A stretch of DNA of 20,000 nucleotides from Chiloscyllium plagiosum (GCF_004010195.1 NC_057718.1:104707946-104727945); one strand, 5' to 3'. Numbered from the stretch's first letter, positions 8,461 through 19,385 are shown. The notes: a model not told the origin generated them from the letters alone. Made by a program: numbers and translations.

Positions 8461-9244
8461 CTCAGCAGTGTTAAACCTTTGTTGAGAAAGTAAGATTGTA
8501 ACCTGGGAGTAGAAATACAATGAATCAAAGCCTAAATATAAACTCTTTCTCCTGCTGGTTCTTACCCTGGAGTCAGGTATGCCCCCAGCTCTCTGCCACT
8601 CATTGAACAAACACTGGCACTGCACATTGGCACAATATTTCACCAAAGACCGTGTCAATCCCTGCAGTGATGCCAATGTCCTGTACTCTGACACTGCTCT
8701 ACATTCTGTCCCTGATTATCCATGTCAGACTTGTTCAGAAACACTGAGAGAACCTGCAATTCAGGAGCTTCATTGCAATAGCTGACATATGCTGGGAATC
8801 CACAAACACAAGGAAAGACTTTGGCACAAGCGGAATATGTGGTTGGTTGTGCTGTGGTAGGGTAGAGGTGGGTAGTTTGTTGAGATGGCAGTGTGTTGGT
8901 GGGGGCTGTTGTTATTAGTCGTATTGTTGTTAGCAGTGTTGAGGGATCGGCAATGACAGTCACAGCTGGGCACCATTCCCATTATTTTGGGAGCTTTCAG
9001 GAGGTCATGGGATGAATTTGAGAGGAATAGGGCATAATCAGGATTTGGCTGTGCACCAGACTGCCTGATACTGCAGCACTCCCTCAGCTGCTCAAGTCAG
9101 ACTAGAATCCACAGTCTGCATTAAAACCACGGCTGAGGGCAGTACGTGCAGTTATACAGTCAGGAATGGTCTGTTGCAGGAGGTCAGCAGGTCTCAGCTA
9201 CATGTGCTCTGACACCACTGACAATCAGCATGACAGTTATCAAT

Positions 9245-9520
9245 GAGATGTGAGCATCAATGGCTACCCATCTCTAATTACCTGAGTGGAGGCTAGGCCA
9301 GATAAGAACAACAGGTTTCCCTCCCGAAAGGATATTGGTGAGCCAGTTAGGTTTTACTGGTAAAGAAACACAGTGACTATCAGAGTAGCTTCTAACTTCC
9401 GATTGAATTAAACACAGATAATACCACCGGCCTGAGGAGGGGGTGATTTGGACCCATAACCCCACACTAGTGCTCCTGGATTACCAGCCCTGTGACAGGG
9501 CCACTACACCACAGCCTCCC
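9245..9520 (-). mobile_element. Degenerate tRNA-derived SINE sharing its tail with LINE family B
   Basis: Minus-strand head gggaggctgtggtgtagtgg (box A)...gggtccaaatc (box B-like). The 3' part ggtaattagagatggg resembles the family B tail ggcaattagggatggg. Confidence 0.6.
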
Positions 9521-9764
9521 TCTGCTTGTGGCGTAAGCTGCTGGCACAGAGATGGTGGATGGTGCAGACTGCTCACAGGTTCTGTGGGAAGTTAAGAGTT
9601 AATCTGCAAGGTTTCAAATCACTTTCCAAGAAATGCACCCAATCTGTGGGCAATTATAAATAAACCCAAACTGAGGGAATGATTATAACATGTTATATAG
9701 CCTCACCCTCAAATACAAATTGAAAAGTGGAATTTGTACTTCCTCAAATGGTTTGATAGCGTGG

Positions 9765-10118
9765 CCACTGACTCTGGAATTCACTCCCTAAAATTCTCCC
9801 CTTTTCTCTGTTTGAGTTTTCCTCTCTTTCCCCCTTTTGCCCCTCCCTGTCGCCCCTCGCTTCTCTCTCCTCTCATTCTGCCTCTGTACCACCCTCCTCC
9901 CTTCTCACCTTACCCTGTCTCTGCAATAACCCCTCCCTCTCTGTCTCTCCCTCCCCTCCATCTCCATCTTTTAAGGTGCTCCTCAATAGGTCTCTCTTTG
10001 AGCAGGTTCTGGGTCATCTGTCCCTGGGCCATCACCTCATCTGCATCATGGTTCAATGTTGTTTGAAACATGTTTGGATGTTTACTATGTTAAAGGTGCT
10101 ATTTAAATGCACCTTGCT
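9765..10118 (+). mobile_element. L2-type LINE 3' end with expanded internal pyrimidine tract
   Basis: ctctggaattcactccctaaa (LWNSLP)...ttttaaggtgctcctcaataggtctctctttgagcagg (FK.LL...LF) and terminal ttggatgtttactatgttaaaggtgctatttaaatgca, typical of L2/Deu-SINE tails. Confidence 0.65.
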
Positions 10119-10544
10119 GGTGGAAGTACCCCACACAGGAGACTGTTTGGTTCAGTCCTGGCCCTGTGTTACTTGCAGCCCGCAGTAGCTGAGATGCTGT
10201 GATTGATCTCACTGACCCCGGCTGGTACCTGCTAAATCTCACTTGCTGTGTGATGACTGAGGGATGCATCAGGTTCAGAACTAAGGTTCTGCTGTTAAAC
10301 TGCTCTCTGGTACTGGGAGGGGCAATCAATCCTGAAGCAGACGGCCAACACCCATGACCTGGGAATGAATTTTAAAAAGGAACCTCATGGCTAACTGCAT
10401 TTGTGAAAGTAACAGGGAGGACAGTCAATGCAAATATAACTGATCATTGACACTCTGGTATTTCAAAGACCTCTGTGTTGTTACAACTTGTAAGTGAAGG
10501 GTGGATGAATGTAAGAGCAGCAGAAAGCTGCTATAGTGCGAATG

Positions 10545-10640
10545 AGGCACAGGAACAGTGGGAGGCCATTCGGCCCAATGAGCCTGACCTGTTGATGGCT
10601 GATCTAAGCCCGCTGTACCTGCCTTGATTCCATCCCTGTT
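10545..10640 (-). mobile_element. Old CR1 3' tail remnant
   Basis: aggaacagtgggaggccattcggcccaatgagcctg...atggctgatct, the reverse of a CR1 tail motif (compare gatcagccatgatct at 19669-19683). Confidence 0.55.
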
Positions 10641-11783
10641 GATAATAAAAGCTGATATTTCAAAGTTGCCGTCTGTCAACAGAGTGAAGAGAAGGTGCCC
10701 AGTGCTGGAGTGAGTCTGCTGAAGGACCACTGCAATGTTGGGATCAGAATGATAAATATCTCCGACTGTTCGTACAATCTGTGTCACAGGCAAGAGTCCT
10801 CAGTCTGGGGAGATTGAGGGAAAGAGATTAGGATATCATTCCTGTATAATGTGATTTTTCATGTTCCTTTGCAGCCCTGCCAATGCTGTTGCACTAACAG
10901 CTGTGTTTCACCACCGTACTGAGCTATAAATTGTGCAATATCTTCCAGATTCCCAGTTGATTACCCCATTAGGGTTAAGGTTAAGGTACAATGTTGAATA
11001 ACTATCACCTTCCTCCACATCTGTCTAAATCCTACATATTTAAAAATCACAAATCCATACAGTTTTACTTGGAGTTAATTAATTACATTTCAAGCAAACA
11101 TTTTTCCTTTTTTGAAAAAATAAATCCAGGAATGTAAATCTCGTTGCTTTTCTTTTGTAGAATTTCTGAAAACTGGTTACAGGGTCAATGAACTGTAGTT
11201 TGTTAATGAAATGTTAAAGATAACAGCTTCAAAGATTTATGGTATTAACAGCTTTTAATGAAGTGTGTTCATTCACCTGATGGAGGTGACGTGTTCACCA
11301 CTTCAGGTAAAACATCAGTCAGAAGGAGGCAGCTGCCTGACCAGAGTGTCAGTGTGTACTGCACTTACATTAATAACATCAACCATTGAGAAATCCTTCC
11401 CATTGGGTCCATTCCTTACACGGTGAAAGAAGACGGGTCACTGACAGCAGCTCTGAATGTGGAGGGCGTGTGCCTGAGTTCAGGGTATGTGCCATTTAAA
11501 CACCAGTTCCTAATCGTTCTTAACAGATGTGACATAACAACAGTGCAGTGAAAGTTTAAAGATGAGCTCTCCCATCTCCCAGGGAGCACACTGCTCTTCC
11601 TGACATACAAGGTGGAATTATCAACAGCTTTGAGACTGCATATGGAAGAATTACATTTTTACAGCAGGCAATAGTTGGGGGGCAGACTAGAAACAAGACA
11701 GCTCTTGCCCACAATGTCCAAGTGCCACTTTATCCCCTGCCACAGGTGAACCTCTAATACCATCGTTGGCTCTCCTTCTGCTT

Positions 11784-12604
11784 CAAAGAACAAAGAAAAT
11801 TTATAGCCCAGGAACAGGCCCTTCGGCCCTCCAAGCCTGAGCCGATCCAAATCCACTGTCTAAACCTGTCACCCAATTCCTAAGCATCTGTATCCCTCTG
11901 TTCCCCCCCTACACATGCATCTGTCCAGACGCACCTTAAATGAATCTACCGTGCCTGCCTCTACCACCTCTGCTGGCAACGCGTTCCAGACACCCACCAC
12001 CCTCTGTGTGAAGTACTCTCCGCATGTATCCCCCTTAAACTTTTCACCTCTCACCTTGAACGCATGCTCTCTCTTTACTGAATCTCTAACTCTGCAAAAA
12101 AGCTGATCTCTATTCACCCATTCGTGATTTTGTAGACCTCAATCAGGTCCCCCCTCAATCTCCTTTTTCCTAATGAAAACAAACCTAACTGTCCACATCC
12201 TTTTGGTAATGTGGCGACCAGAACTGTACACAGTATTCTAAATGCGGCCGAACCAATGTCTTGTACAATTTTAACATTACCTGCCAGTTCTTATACTCAA
12301 TACCCTGTCCGATGAAGGCAAGCATACTATATGCCTTCTTGGCCACTCTACCCACCTGTGCAGCCACCTTCAGGGTACAATGGACTGAACTCCCAGATCT
12401 TTCTGCTCATCAACTTTTCCCAAGGCTCTACCGTTTACTGTATAGTTCCCTCTAGAATGAGACTTCCCAAAATGCATCACCTCCATCTACCACTTCTCCG
12501 CCCAACTCTCTAGTCTATCTATATTCTCCTGTAATCTCTGACAGTCCCCTGTGCTTTCTGCTACTCCACCAATCTCCATGTCATCTGAAAACTTACTGAT
12601 CAGA
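11784..12604 (-). mobile_element. CR1 LINE 3' fragment (different subfamily) with internal deletions
   Basis: [25 protein letters not shown] and KVRGEKFKGD..GEYFTQRVVGVWNALPAEVVEAGTVDSFKVRLDR, with a (ttctttg)n tail at 11784-11800. Confidence 0.92.
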
Positions 12605-12696
12605 GACTGCACCCAGTTTTATACAAGCATTACCAGTCCTGAGGTTCCCTTTCCCAGCCAGATATCCTCCACAGCTATTTTTGTACAGCATAGCGC

Positions 12697-12800
12697 AAAC
12701 AGAAACAGAAATTGCTGGAGAAACTCAGCAGCTTTGGCAGCATATGTGGAGGGAGAAACAGAGTTAACATTTTCAGTGCAATGACTCTTCTTCGGAACTA
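12697..12800 (-). mobile_element. Short element subfamily B, degenerate hammerhead
   Basis: aacagaaattgctggagaaactcagcagctttggcagcatatgtggagggagaaacagagttaacattttcagtgcaatgactcttcttcggaact. Confidence 0.75.
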
Positions 12801-12992
12801 CACTGCAACTGATCTTAATCTTTATTGAGAGAGGGTTTCATCTTTGAAAAGCCTCACCAAGTGAACACCAACAGAATGCGCAGACAGCAACAATGAGAAT
12901 GCACTGTAGGGTTCCCCAGCATCAGGTGACATGGACAGATATAGCACAAAGGATGGCCATTCACGCAACCATTCCATGCCAGAGCAATTTAT

Positions 12993-13431
12993 TTCTATTT
13001 CTATATTTATTTATTTATTTCCCCCCCCCCCACTACTGCCAGATAGTGGTAGTGCTTAGCTTTCCCCCAGCACCCATGTTGTGTGTGTGTGCAGGTGTGA
13101 GACACAGTGAAAGACACAAGGTGTACAAATCTTTATTAATTTCCCACCACCAGGAAGCAAGGAAACAGCCAAGTGGCAGTGACTGGCCATGCCCTTCTCA
13201 GAGGGCAATGCTGCCTGATCAAAAAAAAGTGAAAGGGAGGGCAGGGATTAAATCAAAATAGAGTTGGAGGGGGAAATTAAAACACTCCACTCCCTGCGGC
13301 GCCCACCTCTCCCTGAAAACCTCGAGGGTGTTGGTACACACTGCGTGCTCCTTCTCGAGGGACACCCAGTCTAGGACGTAACCACGGAAGAGGGGCAGGC
13401 AATCAGCCATAATGACCCCCTCCATGGCCCA
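12993..13431 (-). mobile_element. Tx1-clade LINE 3' end (ORF2 C-terminus, 3' UTR, A-rich tail) with 14-bp TSD
   Basis: Peptide AMEGVIMADCLPLFRGYVLDWVSLEKEHAVCTNTLEVFRERWAPQGVEC, AATAAA and an (aaat)n tail. Flanks are ccagagcaatttat (12979-12992) and ccagagcagtttat (13432-13445). Confidence 0.85.
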
Positions 13432-13810
13432 CCAGAGCAGTTTATAATAACAGCATTCATTCCGATCAGAATGGAGATGATTGGTTGATTTCCCTTGTCA
13501 ATCATGCCGAGAGCCCCTCAGGGATTGGTTTGACATTTGTATTGTGTGATGATCCTCCAACATTGGCACCTTCTGGAAGAAATTGTCCTGTTTCCATTGG
13601 GCAGCAATGCTGCAGCTTTAGCCATGAGTTCTGTTTGCTGTTGCTCTAAGATGCTCTTTTTAAACAGACACTGTGGACTGTTGCTGTGCAGTTTAAACAC
13701 ACTGTCAAGTTAGTGGGCCTTGTGTAGAGTGAGATAGATTTACTGTGAGTCCAGCCCCCACCTCCAAACCATTGGTTGAGAGATTGGTGATAATAGTCAG
13801 TGACTATTAT

Positions 13811-14515
13811 CCATGGACATTCAGATCAACTGATTCCAAAATGATCTAAGCTCCAATTTTCCAAGATGTGTAGCTTCTTCCAGGTCTTACCTCTCTGTCC
13901 TCTGGTTAACAGCCGACTTAGTCACAAACTCAGGGACGGTGTGAAACAGATTGACAAGAATTGTCCCAGATCGTTTTCACTATCAGGAAAAATTAAAGAG
14001 GTTTTGAACCTCGTCTTTAGAATGTAGAAGACAAGTACAGGATCTGGTCAAGATTAATAAAATTATCAAAGGAATTTCATTGAACACATTCAGGAATAAT
14101 GTTTCCACTTGTGAGGAACCCGAATCTCAGGTCAATCCTTTAAAAGAATCAGAAATAAATCCAATCAGATATTCAGGAGAAGTGTCTCTGTCCAGACAGT
14201 GGGGAGAATGTGGAACCCACTCCCACAGGAAGTAGTTGGAATGATTAGTGTCAATGTGATTAAGGGGAGACAGGAGCAGGGGGATATGCTGATGGAGTGA
14301 GATGACGAGGGGATTGGGAGGATGCTTGTGTGGAGCATTATTACCAGCATAAACCAGTTGGGCTGAATGGCCCGTTTCTGTGTTATAAATAGTATTTAAT
14401 TGATGGAAAATAAATTCAGTTCCACTGGAGTTAACAAGGCACTTACCATGACCTTGTCCAACCATGGACATTCAGATCAACTGATTCCAAAATGATCTGA
14501 GCTCCAATTTTCCAA
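13811..14515 (+). repeat. 54-bp dispersed direct repeat (13811-13864 and 14462-14515)
   Basis: ccatggacattcagatcaactgattccaaaatgatct[a/g]agctccaattttccaa, 53/54 identical. Confidence 0.95.
13950..14400 (+). mobile_element. Old, heavily decayed CR1 3' fragment
   Basis: tctttagaatgtagaag..gatctg..aaaattatcaaagga, gtggggagaatgtggaacccactcccacaggaagtagttg (V.RMWNPLPQEVV), and tail ttgggctgaatggcccgtttctgtgtt. Confidence 0.7.
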
Positions 14516-14837
14516 ATTTTATAATCGCCAAAATTTCTCAGTTTGTGAGGAGCCCTGAGTCATTGACTGTAGGGCACAGGCTGCTACTTACAACACAGTC
14601 ACACTCCTACTCTCCACAAGCTGCAAGTACAGCATTCAGACAGTATTAACCATCTCCACTGGCCAGAGAACCGTTTCTGATACTGATCTCAGTCAATCTG
14701 TGACGTCTTAGTGATTCCTGTTCCTCATCCCAAATAGCCCTGTCTTAGATACTGACAGAAATCCCCTCAGTGACAGCTGTCCCCTTGTAGAAGGAAACAT
14801 TGCTTTTACCAATAAGAAATGAAGAAAGAGAAGCTGC

Positions 14838-16000
14838 TTGTTGTTGTTGGAGGGTCAGTCATCTCAGCTCCAGACCATCACTGCAGGAGTTCCTCAGGGT
14901 ACTGTCCTCAGCCCAACCATCTTCAGCTGCTTCACCACTGCCCTTCCCTCCATCATCAGGTCAGAAGTGAGGATGTTCACTGATGATTGAACAATGTTCA
15001 GCACCACCCACAAATCCTTAGATACTGAAGCAGTCCGTTTAGTGTTTTGAAGCATCCAAGAGAGCATTGGATGATTATTTAAATACAATCAGATGCAAAG
15101 AGATGGGAAAAGGCAGATGATTAGCCGAATGGCCACCTTGTGTGCTGTGACATTGCGCTGACTGGGTATCCATGTGCAGTGACTCCTGGGCAGCATTCAG
15201 GCTTGGGCTGATTTATACAAATAACACCTGCGTCATCTAAGTACCACATCATGACCACATCTAACCAGACAGAATCCAACCATTGTCCGTTAACATTCAC
15301 TGGTGTTACCGGCACTGAATCCCCCACTATCAGCATCCTGGGGGTTGCCATTGACCAGAAACTCAGCTGGACTTACCACATAAACACAGTGGCTACAAGA
15401 ACAGGTCAGAGGCTGGGAATCCTGCAGTGAGTAACTCTCCTCCTGACTCCCCAAAGCCTGTCCACCATCTACAAGACACAACTCAGGAGTGTGCTGGAAT
15501 ACTCCCCACTTGCCCTGGATGGGTGTAGCTCCAACAACACTCAAGAAGACATGCAGGATGAAGCAGCCCGCTTGATTGGCACCGCATCCACAAACATCCT
15601 CTCCCTCCACCACCAACACTTAGTAGCAGCAGTGTGTACCATCTACAAGATGTACTGCAGAAATTCACCAAAGATCCTCAGACAGCAGCTTCCAAACCCA
15701 CAACCACTTCCATCTAGAAGGACAAGGGCAGCAGATGCGTAGGAACCTGCAAGTTCCTCTCCAAGCCACTCACCATCCTGACTTGGAAATATATCGCCGT
15801 TCCTTCACTGTCACTGGGTCAGAATCCTGGAACCACCCCCCCCCCCCCAACAGCATTGTGGGTCAACCCACAGCACACGGACTGCAGCAGTTCAAGAAAG
15901 CAGCTCACCCCCACCTTCTCAAGGGGCAACTAGGGACGGATAATAAATGCTGACCCTGTCAGTGACATTCATGTCCCATGGAAGAATAAATGAATATAAA
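14838..16000 (+). mobile_element. CR1/L2-group LINE ('family B') 3' 1.1 kb including RT motifs, pseudogenised
   Basis: AGVPQGTVLSPTIFSCF...EVRMFTDD* (in-frame stop after the catalytic DD), ILGVAIDQKLSW, LEYSPLA and AVCTIYKMYCRNSP, with 3' tail taataaatgctg...gtcccatggaagaataaatgaat. Confidence 0.92.
15037..15165 (+). mobile_element. Short CR1 3' end nested within family B LINE
   Basis: Interrupts the host frame after gaagcagtcc. Contains caagagagcattggatgattatttaaat (KRALDDYLN) and the tail gccgaatggccaccttgtgtgctgtga. Confidence 0.65.
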
Positions 16001-16789
16001 ATGAAGATTTCAGGGGAAAAATTTGGAAACAGAGGCACTGGAGTCACAGACTGGAGTTCAATGCACCCATTACGTTTATGATGAAATGGTATAAAAACAG
16101 AGTCCTGGAGGTATTCCATACCACTTGGCTTTAATGCAATGTCTGGAGTTAGATTGCTACATTATTTCAGGGTTATAGTGCCAGTCTTGTGTTTCTGAGC
16201 ATCCAATCCAGAAAGAATAAGTGCAGCCTTGTATTCATCTTCCAGGTCCACTGCCCACTCCCCTCACTCTTACTCATTACTATTAAACCTGATTTGTTTC
16301 TGATGTGTTGATTTTGGCTCTGCACTCTCAGTGGTTCACTTTCTAACTTGTCTTTTCTTGTTCCTTTACATTGACATCATGAGAGAAACTGGCAAAAAGA
16401 GAAACTGATTGTTGGGGAATGGGAGGGGCCTGAGTAGATCAGGAATCGGTATATTACCCCAAGGCTGCAGAGTATCAGTATGGAACTCTGCAGAAAGTAC
16501 AAATGGGCTCTGTTACAAATCTTCACAACTCTCTGAAAGAGGTTGCTTGTCTAAACTCTGATGATGCTGTGGATTATACACTGTGAACAAGCCACACTGA
16601 CCGTGCTCCATGTGTTTGACCACATGAGCTACCTGCTCCTATCCTATACTCCCCGATATCCCTCTTTCTGTGGCAATCATTTAATCTGATTCTTTAAGCT
16701 AGTCCCATTATCTGCATATCTGGACACTGTCATTAGTACCTGTGGTTGTAGGTGTCTATACACGTTCCTGAGGCTGTCCTGCCCAGATT

Positions 16790-17216
16790 CTTTTATTACT
16801 CAGTCTTGGGACATGGACGTCGTTGATTGGGCCCAGTATTTATTGCCCATCCCTAATTGCCCCTTGAGAAGGTGGGGGTGAGCTGCCTTCTTGAACCGCT
16901 GCAGCCCATGTGCTGTGGGTTGACCCACAATGCCCTTAGGGAGGAAATTCCAGGATTTTGATCCAGCAACAGTGAAAGAACGGCAATATATTTCCAAGTC
17001 AGGATGGTGAGTGGCTGAGAGGGGAATTTGCAGGGGGTGGTGTTCCCATGTATCTGCTGCCCTTATCCTTCTAGATGGAAGTAGTCGTGGGTTTGGAAGG
17101 TGCTGTCTGAGCATCTTCAGTGGATTTCTGCAGTGCATCTTGTAGGTAGTACACACTGATGCTACTGAGAGTCAGTGGTGGAGGGAGGGGATGTTTGTGC
17201 ATGAGGTGCTGATCAA
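16790..17216 (-). mobile_element. LINE family B 3' end
   Basis: Open peptide CTTYKMHCRNPLKMLRQHLPNPR...RSFTVAGSKSWNFLPKGIVGQPTAHGLQRFKKAAHPHLLKG plus 3' tail. Confidence 0.92.
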
Positions 17217-17288
17217 ACCTTTCCACTCATGATGCACTGGAACACTCCATTATTGACACCGGTACATTACAGGTTATAAAATACAGCT

Positions 17289-17374
17289 CAGAAATTGCTG
17301 GAGAAACTCAGCAGATCTGACAGCATCTGTGGAGAGAAAAATGTTAACATTTCGTGTCCAGTGACTCTCCTTCA
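17289..17374 (-). mobile_element. Short element subfamily B, truncated at the adjacent CR1 3' end
   Basis: cagaaattgctggagaaactcagcagatctgacagcatctgtggagagaaaaatgttaacatttcgtgtccagtgactctccttca. Confidence 0.75.
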
Positions 17375-17378
17375 TAAT

Positions 17379-18425
17379 TAGAGTCATAGAGATGTACAGC
17401 ACGGAAACAGACCCTTCGGTCCAACCCATCCATGCTGACCAGATATCCCAACCCAATCTAGTCCCACCTGCCAGCACCTGGCCCATATCCCTCCAAACCC
17501 TTCCTATTCATATACCCATCCAAATGCCTTTTAAATGTTGCAATTGTTCCAGGCTCCACCACATCCTCTGGCAGCTCATTCCACACACGTACCACCCTCT
17601 GTGTGAAAAAAGTAGCTCCTTAAGTCTCTTTTATATCTTTCCCTTCAAACTCTAAACCTATGCCCTCTAGTTCTGGACTCCCCCATCCTAGGGAAAAGAC
17701 TTTGTCTATTTACCCTATCCATGCCCTTCATAATTTTATAAACCTCTATAAGGTCACCCCTCAGCCTCCGACGCTCCAGGGAAAATAGCCCCAGCCTGTT
17801 CAGCCTCTCCCTGTAGCTTAAATCCTCCAACCCTGGCAACATCCTCGTAAATCTCTTCTGAACCCTTTCAGGTTTCACAACATCTTTCTAATAGGAAGGA
17901 GACCAGAATTGCACACAATATTCCAAAAGTGGCTGAACCAATGTCCTGTACTCAATACTCTGATCAATAAAGGAAAGCATAGCAAACGCCGCCTTCACTA
18001 TCCTATCAACCTGCAACTCCACTTTCAAGGAGCTATGAACTTGCACTCCAAGGTCTCTTTGTTCAGCAACACGCCCCAGAACCTTACCATTAAGTGTATA
18101 AGTCATGCTAAGATTTGCTGTCCCAAAATGCAGCACTTCGCATTTATCTGAATTAAACTCCATCTGCCACTCCTCAGCCCTTTGGCCCATCTGATCAAGA
18201 TCCTGTTGTAATCTGAGGTAACCTTCTTCGCTGTCCACGACACCTCCAATTTTGATGTCATCTGCAAACTGACTAACTGTACCTCTGATGCTCACATCCA
18301 AATCATTTATATAAATGACAAAAAGTAGAGGACCCAGCACCGATCCTTGTGGCACTCCACTGGTCACAGGCCTCCAGTCTGAAAAACCAACCTTCCACCA
18401 CCACCCTCTGTCTTCTACTTTTGAG
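17379..18425 (-). mobile_element. CR1 LINE 3' ~1 kb with RT C-terminal motifs
   Basis: [27 protein letters not shown]...[26 protein letters not shown] and ERLNRLGLFSLERRRLRGDLIEVYKIMKG, with the same tail as 4026. Confidence 0.95.
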
Positions 18426-18444
18426 ATGGACTGGAAGGGGAGCA

Positions 18445-18566
18445 GGTAAAAACAATGACTGCAGATGCTGGAAACCAGATTCTGGATTAGTGGTGCTGGA
18501 AGAGCACAGCAATTCAGGCAGCATCCGAGGACAGGCAAAATCGACGTTTCGGGCAAAAGCCCTTCA
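18445..18566 (-). mobile_element. Short element subfamily A variant; hammerhead lacks the CUGA box
   Basis: Minus strand reads UGA-A-GGGC(UUUU)GCCC-GAAAC-GUC-GAUU. Body is gtggtgctggaagagcacagcaattcaggcagcatccgagg. Confidence 0.8.
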
Positions 18567-18928
18567 CCCCCTTGACAGGCCCCAGCTGCTGAACTGTTTC
18601 TGACTCGATATCGGCATCATGGACTTGTTCTGCTTCCCATTTATGCCTGTGACCCTCCAGGATGACAGTCCCAAGTTAAGTATTTGGCTTACGTTTCATT
18701 GCTTATTCTTTTTAGGATTTTAATGTTTGGATAATGAGCATCTATCAAAAATAAGTTTGTCTCCACAAGCCTGTATCTATAGGTTAGATCCATAACTCGC
18801 AGAATCAGCACCCTTCTCCTTTTCAAATCACTATTCTCATCATTGTGTCTGTAAAGGACAAAGTCTCTCCCAGTTCACCCCATTGACCTGTGCCTTCAAT
18901 TTACAAAGGTTATTTCTTCTGGCTCAGC

Positions 18929-19107
18929 GACCCTTCTCCAGAACTGTGTTTGGAATTAATTCCAGTTCCAAAGAAGGGTCACTGGACCCAAAATGTTAAC
19001 TGTGCTTTTCTCTCCGCAGATGCTGCCAGACCTGCTGAGTTTTGCCAACAATTTCCATTTTTGTTTCTGATTTCCAGCATCTGCAGGTCTTTGGATTTTT
19101 GTTTATT
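18929..19107 (+). mobile_element. Short element subfamily B with partial inverted arm
   Basis: cagttccaaagaagggtcactggacccaaaatgttaactg...gatgctgccagacctgctgag. 18929-18946 is the reverse complement of 18963-18980 at 15/18. Confidence 0.8.
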
Positions 19108-19309
19108 TCTTCCGGTACTTGACTAACATTGAAAATGGATTCACTTTAACCTGATACAGTCAGCCTAAAAACAGGTATAATCCGGGCAATTCCAGTTTGT
19201 ACTGGGAATGGTAATAATCTTGGCTAGTCTGGTAGGTGGTCACAGAGCAGAATAGTTTCCTTTGGTGCTCTGGAATTTCAATGATTCCCGACCTTTTTTT
19301 CCCAAGTGT

Positions 19310-19385
19310 ATTCATTCCCAGGATGGCTGGGCCAGCTTCTGTTACTCATCCTTAATTACCCTTGAGCTGAGTGACTTGTTGGGGG
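19310..19385 (-). mobile_element. SINE/LINE family B tail remnant
   Basis: attcattcccaggatggctgggccagcttctgttactcatccttaattacccttgagctgagtgacttg resembles 16795-16868. Confidence 0.55.

Noticed and set aside
9065..9110. Possible Deu-SINE remnant (tgcagcactccctcag...gtcagactaga)
   Set aside because: The match is too short to call by eye.
9734..10066. Pro/Leu/Ser-rich 110-aa ORF
   Set aside because: Translation of a pyrimidine low-complexity tract inside an L2 remnant.
11275..11308. Small hairpin (acctga/tcaggt, ggtga/tcacc)
   Set aside because: Short interrupted stems are expected by chance, and no known motif is present.
14447..14566. Minus-strand exon ending at a consensus G|GTAAGT donor and overlapping the 54-bp repeat
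   Set aside because: There are stop codons in all three frames from the best acceptor and no recognisable homology. A non-coding exon cannot be excluded.
17888..18556. 222-aa reverse transcriptase gene
   Set aside because: Chimeric ORF: it starts in a short non-coding repeat and enters a 5'-truncated CR1 with a deletion and a premature stop.
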